A stretch of 64,000 nt of DNA from assembly GCA_019828565.1 (NCBI GenBank), contig JAHDYR010000053.1:1145044-1209043 (forward strand), written 5' to 3'. Under the pieces are notes generated by a model that was given only the letters and a program-made list of their open reading frames with translations, had not been told where the DNA came from and ran no database searches. Position 1 is the first letter of the stretch. Each line of letters starts with the position of its first letter. Shown piece after piece: positions 13,101-21,291 of this stretch. Source of the DNA: Carpediemonas membranifera BICM. Taxonomy: Eukaryota; Protista; Fornicata. A program made the position numbers and the translations under genes.

Positions 13101-13403
13101 CAGCGCGCGTATTGTCCCAAATGGGATCAACACGTTCTTCATCCCGGGGACTGCGTATATCTTGACCGGCACCGTCACGGACAGGCCCACTCCTGATCTC
13201 TTCCGCATCCGCACCCAGCCCTCTGCTGCAGCTACGGCCTCTACTTGACCGCCCACCCCGTGTATCGGGCCGATGTCTACCTCGGCCTCCGTCCATCCGG
13301 CGTGTACGCGCTCTGCGAGCCACGCGGGGCTGGCTAGAGCGACGTTGGCTCTCGTGTCGAGTCCGACTCTGAAACGGACGCCCGTCTTGGTCGGCTTTGC
13401 CAC
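10135..13403 (-). pseudogene. pol: Gy-G pol (PR-RT-RNase H-integrase-chromodomain)
   Basis: VGLDTRAN (PR-like), LCVDYRRLN, LDLKSGY, LPFGLKNAP, (Y>stop)MDD, TDASD, TDHKNL, SDNGREF, SNGGCER, FLVEWADGSEDW. One frameshift and one nonsense codon. Confidence 0.93.
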
Positions 13404-13429
13404 AAACTCGAGCGTTCCGCCCCATAAAT

Positions 13430-14063
13430 CCTGTTTAGAGCCCTCCGCCTCCTTGGCCTCCTTGAGGTGACGCGGATGACCCTGCGGGGGTTGCCTCGTC
13501 TGAGGCGTCCATACTTGCCGGTCTTGGTGTCATACTCTCGGTACCAGCCTGCTTTCAGGTCTTGGTCCTTCGTCACGCAACCGTGCGTCTTGTGGCCCTT
13601 CTGACCACACGCGAAGCAGCGGACCGTCACCTCCTTGGCTCCTTCCTCGACTGCCGGCTGCGGGCGGCTGCTGGAGTCGCCTCGACCCGTGTCCGACTTC
13701 TGACGAGTTGCGACGCGTTGCACGAGCCCGGTCCGCAGGGCCCTTGCGACCGCTGCATCCGCCTCATGGGCCCACTTTGCGGCCTCTGTGACGGCCTCGT
13801 CCAGCGTAGAGAGGTCCATCCTGCGCATATCGTCTTGCAGAGCGTCGCATGCCATGAGCTTGCGAAATGTCTTGATAAGGTCCTTCTCGCGCGGTCGGAC
13901 CTCGTCCTGGACCACCGAGAGTATCTCCCTCATCCTGGAGCTGACTGCGGCCACGTGATCCTCGAGGTGATCTCCGCGCTTCGCTGAGATCCCGCTCAGT
14001 TCAGCCAAAACGGCTGCTGCGTCCTCATGTGCCACTAGCTTGAGGAGCGCCTTGCGCACCTCC
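13430..14063 (-). pseudogene. gag: Gy-G gag, 5'-truncated
   Basis: Zinc knuckle CFACGQKGHKTHGC; the reading frame abuts the LTR with no start codon. Confidence 0.85.
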
Positions 14064-14138
14064 TGTTGTTGGGAACGTTTATCCTTAAAATCTCCACTAA
14101 ACTCTTGCGAGTCAAACCTGACAAAACCCTCAGCTACA
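14064..14138 (-). repeat. Gy-G upstream LTR (75 bp)
   Basis: Identical to 10065-10139. Confidence 0.9.
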
Positions 14139-15327
14139 GTTGTATTCAACAAACCGGCCGGGCATGACGATGGCCGTGAGATAAATGTCTTCGGGGCACA
14201 TGGGTTGTTGGTGGAATCCTTGCTTGACGTCTGAGGTGAAGAACCACTTGGAGCCGGCCACGTCGGCGAGGAACGCCTTCGCGTCGGCCATAGGGAAGCT
14301 GTCATGAATGGTGGCTTCGTTCAGCTGGCGGTAATCTCCACATGGGCGTAGTTCTCGCTCGCCCTTCTCGTTGGGCTTCTTGCGGACGACCACGAGTGCG
14401 CTGGCGACCGGGCCATCGGCGTCACGGCAGATGCCTCGCTCCTTGAGATCGTCGAAATGGTTGTGGACCTCGCGGAGGTCATCTGGATGAAGCGGCCTGG
14501 GCTTTTGGTGTGGCGTGCGTGCGTTAGGTTTCAGTCTGATGGTGACTGGGCAGATCCGCTCCGCCCGGGTCAAAGGGGCCAAAGACTGCCTTGTGGCGTA
14601 TGATGATCGCCTTGAGCTCTTGATAGTGCGGGAAGTCGAGGTTGACGTGCACCTCGTCGACTGCTTGGGTTGCCTCGGCGTCGGCGGTGACGTCATCGAC
14701 ACGGCCTGGCGGCGTGTCATCGAGGTAGGCGTGGTCGGGGAGTCCGTCATTGTCCTCGTCGTCATCGTCCCTGCGCAGGTCAATGTGGATGCCCTGCGCG
14801 TTCATAAGGCCTGGGGTCGTGAGTATCTCCGCGCCTATAAGGACTTTGTGGTGCTGACCGCGGATGATGCTGAGTGGCTGGGCCTCGAGGGACGGCCTAC
14901 GGTCCAGGGAGGTGAGCTCGAGGTTGACCACAAGCGCGAGGCCCGTCGTGATGACCTCTTGGGACGCGTTGAGTGCCACGACGCTGGACGGTGCCGTGCT
15001 CAGAGGCACGATCTTCTGCAGTGTCGCTACGGAGCCATCGCTGATGCAGCTCACGGTGGCGCCCGGGTCGACCTTGGCTCGGGTAGTCTGGCCGTTGATC
15101 TTGACATCGATCATCAGCTCGTCGTTGACCTCATCCACGGGGTGGAAGTTGCGCTCCATCTGGCCGCCCGGACCACGGTTCCACTGCGGTGCGAACTTCT
15201 TGGTCTGTTGGGGCTTCTGCTGCTTGGGCTGAGCTTGGGCTGCCTTGGCAGGCTGGCCGCTCGTAGTGGTTGCGGGCTTGTTCGTGTCTGACCCTGCGCT
15301 TGGCGGGTCTGCGGCTGGGCTTGGCCA
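14139..15327 (-). pseudogene. Family E Gypsy fragment: gag C-terminus, protease, RT N-terminus
   Basis: Q-rich gag end WNRGPGGQMER, protease AKVDPGATVSCI, RT RPCGDYRQLN...SDVKQGFHQ...GRFVEYN, cut at the Gy-G LTR. Confidence 0.85.
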
Positions 15328-15407
15328 TGTGATCTGTCGAGGTAAAAGGGAGTCTGATTCAAACTGTTTATAGGGTTGGTAATTGGGCAATTTTTTTTGT
15401 GTCCACA
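15328..15407 (-). repeat. Putative orphan LTR (80 bp)
   Basis: TG...CA bounded and interrupts gag. Shares AACTGTTTATAGG with the Gy-A LTR and terminal GTCCACA with the Gy-C LTR. No second copy, PPT or TSD seen. Confidence 0.45.
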
Positions 15408-17518
15408 ACTTTGATGGGACAATGATTAGGTGGACACTTTTAGATCAAAACTGCAATATATGAATCATATAGACAAGGCAGACTCTGTGACACTCATACA
15501 GAGTTGTCACAACATACGATCTCGAGATATGACGAAAATTCAGTCGGTAGAGACAAATCGACGCCTACCGGCCAGTACAGAGGCTATAACAAAGTGGGGC
15601 TTAATCTCTGAGGACTTTCGAGGTTGGTGAGTGTCTGAGGGGTATCATTAATTTTTTTGTGCAACGATTTTGGCATTGGCGGGATCAAATGGTCTGGCTG
15701 TAGTCACTTTCAGACGCTATGAACGGTATAAGCATCCATTTTTAATAATATTGACCCGATCTCGAGTAATCTAATGAATAGCTCAGAAGAGATTCAGTCT
15801 TGCCAATGGCGATGAAATGAACGAACAGAGAGGCATTGATGGTCGCAAAACATGGCGAAACAACTTCCAAATGCTACTAATAAACGTTTAATGCTCCAAT
15901 GTCTTTATTCCAGCTACCTATTGATCTTGAATGTTGTTAAACATGCTGTTTGCGGTGAACTGGATCACTGCTTCTTCAATTTCGCGCGAAGCACGCACAA
16001 TGGCATTAAATCCCCGTGGAATGCGTGAATCAATGACCCTCACACTGTTAATACTCCCAAGCTCGCCTGCACAGCCTTGAATCTTCACACAACGCGAAAC
16101 AATGCGCATACAGGCATCAATGTCAGGTTCTTCCACACATACATGAAGGTTCTGCCGAATAGATTGCTCAGTGCCCATTATCAATTGTGATGCAGCCAAG
16201 GTACGATGTGGCTCACTAATGCGGAGAAAGCTTTTACAGGGAAAGAAGAAGAGAAAACCCTTGTACCAATAAATGGTTGAAACTGTATAAATGATCAGTG
16301 TGGTCTATGACCACCACAACGAGAGAGGAAAGAAGAGTATTTAGTCAACTGATTAATCCAGGTATCTCGCTGGTACACAATGCTGTTTTGCCATCCATAT
16401 GAATGCTTCGCGCCATGACATGCCTATTTACGATTACGATTTACGTAGTGTGTATACGAGCAATACTCAACATTTTCCCACTATATGACCACCATAGGAA
16501 CGATAGGAACGCGGCGATCCCAGGTTGCTTCCGCTTCCTTGCGCTTCTCCTCAATAACGGCCGATCGGCTTCATAGTCGTGTGCAGAAGAATCGGAATCA
16601 CCAGAGTCAGTCGAAGAAGAAGAAGAAGAAATTTATGGTGCTTGGATTCTGACCCCGGACTGAGCTTGTTTCCCGTTGTCTTGGAACTGAGTGCCCCGGG
16701 GTACTGCCTATTTCCCGTGGCAAACTGGTCAGCAGCGTTTGCCTTGGGCTTTCGGTGCTACTGTCTCCGCGGAAAGCCGATTCCAATCGCCCCAGAGGCC
16801 CTGCGGCCATCTCCGTGCAAATATGCTTTCCTGTCTCCCTGAAAGTCCGGCAACTATCCGGGGAGCCTGGGGGTCTGTCCTCGGGGCATTGACAGGCAGG
16901 ATCGTCCTGCAGAACCTTGACTATGACACTCCTTGCTTCCCTGCAGTCCTTGTAGAGCCGTTCAGCCACGGCACCCTCTCGTCTGTCCGGTTCCCCAATT
17001 CCATGCCCCCTCGACTCTGTTAAGAAGCCTACCCGAAGGCGGGGAAAGTGACTAAGTCCATGCTGTCTACCCCGGTTAGGTGGCGTGGGTCAGCGGCAGC
17101 CCCAAGCGCTAGGCCCGGTTGTCCCTGTTACCCCTTACAACATTTCGCTTGCACTACATGTCCTTGGTTTCCCATGTCGTTAACAGGGCGGCAGGGGCAC
17201 CTGTGCCCCTCCGACCCCCGTGGCCAGTCCCTGCAGTTTCCTTGGGGTCCCAACGAGTGGTGCAACCATATGGATATGGATTTCCTTGACCTTATCCTTG
17301 CTCTGTCCTTGTCGCATGTCCTTTTCTTTCTTATTTCTGGTCTGTCCTTCCTGTTCTTTCCTTGCAGTCGTTCCTTCCCTTACTTTGGTTCCTGGCTACC
17401 GGGATACGTGGGGCCTTTCCTCACTGATCCCAGGAGCTTAGCACCAGCGAGGGTGGTCCATGGCTGATTCCTTGTCCATCCCTTCCCGGTCCTGGAGTCA
17501 GGGGTTCATGACATGCTT

Positions 17519-20500
17519 CTATTCCACCTTGAAGCTGTTGTAAACCTTTGCCAGTTCCCGTAGTCCTGCCGTGAGGCCTTCCCAAATGTCCTCCGAGCCC
17601 CATATTATTAGTTGCTGTAATTCTAGGATGGGTCTTTCCTGGTACCATTCGCCCTGGGGGCCCTGCCTTACTTCCAAGTCCTTAGTTTTGTGCTTCGCTG
17701 CTGTCCACAGCTTTGTCCAAGCTTCTCCCCTGTCTACTGCCGGGCATTCACAGATTATGTGCGCTGCCGATCCTAGCCTCTGGCCCTCTGCCCACTCCCT
17801 GATCATTTCCTGCTTCCTTGCTGGTCCTGGCTTTTCCCTAATGATCCTGTAGAACAGGCTCACCTCCGACTCCTCCGAGCATAGGGGGCATAGTCTGCTA
17901 ATTTCTCTCTTCAGGTCAGCGCCTTGGGCCAGCTCTGTGATGGCTCTCATAGGGCCCTCCCTCTCTCTGCCGACGATGGGGATGGGCTGACATTGGCTGC
18001 AATGGATACAATTCTCTTCCATTCCGCCCTGCTTTGCCCCTTCCCAGCCTTTCGGTCTACCGTAGGCTTACCTTGCAGACACTTGCTTAATTTCCTTGTC
18101 CCCATGATTTCCATTAGTCCTAGTGCCGTACGGCTTTTGCACCGCTTCATCCACCCCCTCCTGATCGTTTCCATGCCATAATCCAGTAGCGCTGGTTTAG
18201 GGGCTCCTTCTCTGGTGCCCTCCAGTAGATGCTGCACTCTCTCCCTAGCTTCCCACATAACCGTGCCCCGCCCCCATTCTCTGTTTCTGACTGGTATATC
18301 CTGGTCCCTGTAGTTGACTATCCTTTTGACTGCCAGCCATTCCATGTGTGCCTGGAGGTCCACCCATCCATTCATCAGCCTCATGGCTGCGCCCCCTCCC
18401 GGTCCTGTTCCTGCCATGATTCCCTGCCAGTCATTCCAGATCCTTCTACCTCCCGGTGCGTTCCCCCACACCTCGACTCCGAAGAGGATCCTGGGCCATA
18501 TATATATTTCCAGTAGTAGCCTGCTTGCTAGTGCTGGCATGTTTGCCCTGGTCCACCCTGCCCATCTCACCAGTCTCTTGTACCTTTCGCTCTGCTCCTG
18601 TTTCCGCCTTATGCAGGCCGACATAGGGTCCTTCCCACTTGCGATCCATAATCCCAGGTATCTCGCCTCCTTCTCTGGCAGTAGTGTTACCCCCTCGATC
18701 CTGACTAGGGCTGTTCTGTCCACGCTAATCATTACATTCTTCTGGGCGTTCACCCTCATTTCATGCTCTCTGATTATGTCCACCATTATGTTGGCGACCA
18801 TCTGGCTATGCTCCGGTTTGCTCCCTGTGACCGCAGTGTCATCCACAAACATGGTAAGTGCTGCCGGTAGTCGGTCGCTGAGGTGGCTCGTGGTCCTTGG
18901 CGGTTCTCTGATGTCGTACCGTTCTCCCTTGATTTTCTTTCTGGCCAGGTGGGGCCAGTTAGCCATGAACAGCACAAACAGTGTCGGTGCCAGGACGCAC
19001 CCTTGCTTAACTCCCCTGTTGGTTCTTTTCCCATGCCTTTGCCCCCTTGACTGATATCCAGGTTTCCTTTATTGTGCCTTGAATTGCCCTGATCAAGTGC
19101 TCCTCCACCCCCATACCCTGTAGCTTATCCATGAGAATGTCCCTTGGTACCGTGTCATATGCCTTCTCGATGTCCAGAAAGATTGACGTGGTCTCACCCC
19201 CTCCTGGTGCCGCTGCACAATGTACTGTATCTGCTGGATGACGTCCCTGTCTGACTGGAAACCAGCCTGTTCTCTTGGTATGAACCTTTTCGTTGCTGCT
19301 TCCAGACGTATCTTGAGCAATCTACCATAGACCCTGTACAGCAGTGGTGTCAAGGATATTGGTCTATATGATTCCGGCTTGACCCTTGGCTTCCCTGTCT
19401 TGTGTATGGCCGACACTGTGGCATACTTCCATGCTTTGGGTACGTCGCCCTCCCTGTAGACCCTGTTGATGAGCCTCGTCACTTCCCTAAGGCCTTTCTC
19501 ATCCAGCTCTCTCAGCATGTCTCCAGATGTGAGGTCAGGCCCTGGTGCGGTGTCCCTCCTGATCCTTTTGATTGCGGCTTTGACCTCGCTTTCCTTGAAC
19601 TCATTTCCGTCCCTGCCCCTCCATGTCTTCCAGGTGGGTTCCCTGCCTCTGCTGACTCTAGCATACTGTTGCAAGAGGATCTCGCTGATGGCCGCCTTGT
19701 CCGTGGTTATCACTCCGTCCTTGAGGAGGCTCTCCGGCATTCCCTTGTATTGGTTGTCACACCACCACCTTCTGATGGCAGCTTCCACTGAGGCCCTTGA
19801 GGCCCTATACCCCCTTTGCACTTCTGCTGATGTCGGCCACCCATTTGGCCCTGCGCTCTCCCCAGTATTTCTCCAGCTCCTCTTTCATCCTTTCCTTCCT
19901 GGTCCTGTTGCCTAATTCTGTCCATGGGGTTCGCTGGAGTTCGCTCCACACTCCGTTCCCGAACACTTTGTCCCTTGCCTTTGCTCCCCTGTTGTTCACT
20001 GGGTCGCCCATGCATGCTCTTATAGTCTCTTCCCATTGGTCCGAGCTCTTGATCCTGTTCAGCTTTGAGACTGTGACTGGCCCCTCCTTCTTTTCATGGG
20101 CCAGGTGTGCACCTCGGGTATGGCCAGAGCCACGTCTCGCTCACTTCTGCCATAGTACCGTTGTTCCTTCCATGCTAGTGTGATTCCATTGTGTGCTGAG
20201 CCCCATACCCCGACCTTCTGAGACTCTACCACCTCAATCTCCGCCCCCTGGATTCCTGGTGTTGTCACTGCAAAGTCCGGGGTTGATGTTCCTGATGTGA
20301 GCGTCCCAGACTTGGGTATGATGGCTTTGAGCCTGTGCTTCTCCATCATATCCTTCCACCGGGTGGATCTTTCCATCTGGCCTGGGTCGATGTTCCAGTC
20401 TCCCATAATTATGGCCTCCATGCTCCCTTTCATGTCCATGATCTTCTGTATAGTGTCCCTGAATCCATCCTTCTCCTGCTTGCTGTGGCCGGATGGGGGC

Positions 20501-20958
20501 CATACACGTTGATGACTAGTATGTCCCTGCCGGTTCTCATTATGCTGGCTTGCACTCTTCCCGATAGGCTGTCCGATATGCCGATGTCCCACTTTGCAGT
20601 TGCGTGTGGGCTCACTATCGTGCCGATGCCTTCCCTTGTTCCCTTCCATCTTGGCGCAGGTTCGTCATTGCCTGCTATGCCTAGTTGTCGGTTGATGCGG
20701 TGCTGACTTTTGACATCCGCCTTTCGTTTTTCGTTGGCTAAGACCAGGTCCTCTTCCGTCTCCCTCCCTGCTAGTGCGTAGTCAAGGTCCATGAAGCAAT
20801 GAACCCTCGTATTCGCCGTTCTCCATGTCTCTTGTATGAGTACTGCCTCTATGTCCTTCAACCTTAGCTGAATCGCCGTTGCCATAGACGCCGTGAAGTC
20901 CTTTTCCTCTTCCTATGTGTCCCTCTGTGTTCAGACTAAGTATCTTGTAGGTTACCAT
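17519..20958 (-). CDS. LINE-1 ORF2 (APE endonuclease, RT, C-terminal CCHC), several frameshifts
   Basis: LSLNTEG, IQET, INVYGP, GDWN, TPDF, SAH; YRPISL, QAGF, GVKQG, FVDD, YLG; CPLC...HIICEC. Confidence 0.92.
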
Positions 20959-21291
20959 TGCCTTTGTCCTGTTTCCTTATCCTGCGAATTCCCAGAATTT
21001 GGGAGCCCCAGCTTCCCGCTCCTCTCCTGCTATCCTTGTCCTGACAAGGGGCCTAGATGCCGGTCTCGGTGACCCTTTGTCAGGCCAACCTTGTTACCAC
21101 CTGGTGACCTTCCATTCTTCGGGCAGGGTACTTAGGAGGGGGACGATATGACGTGACCCCCCCTTTGGCTGCCGCTACAGCCTACCGGCAGTGCATTTCA
21201 GCTAATGCCGGGCCCTGGGTGGGAGCCAGGGCTTGTGAATTATAAAGAAAATGTTGCTTGTTCCTTGAAAGAATACTGCTTTACCATGTCC

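Larger units (their letters stand above)
10065..14138 (-). mobile_element. Gy-G: Ty3/Gypsy chromodomain LTR retrotransposon with deleted 5' gag
   Basis: Identical 75-bp TG...CA direct repeats at 10065-10139 and 14064-14138; polypurine tract (PPT) GGAGAGCGGGA before the 3' LTR; order gag(CCHC)-PR-RT-RH-IN-chromo; flanks do not form a TSD. Confidence 0.92.

Noticed and set aside
15315-15327. TGG after the putative LTR at 15328 as a tRNA PBS
   Set aside because: It lies within family E gag coding sequence, so it is an insertion junction.
16607-16969. Third ORF in the LINE 3' UTR (similar peptide at 49777-49962)
   Set aside because: GTG/TTG-type starts and inconsistent ends; the similarity is explained by conserved RNA hairpins.
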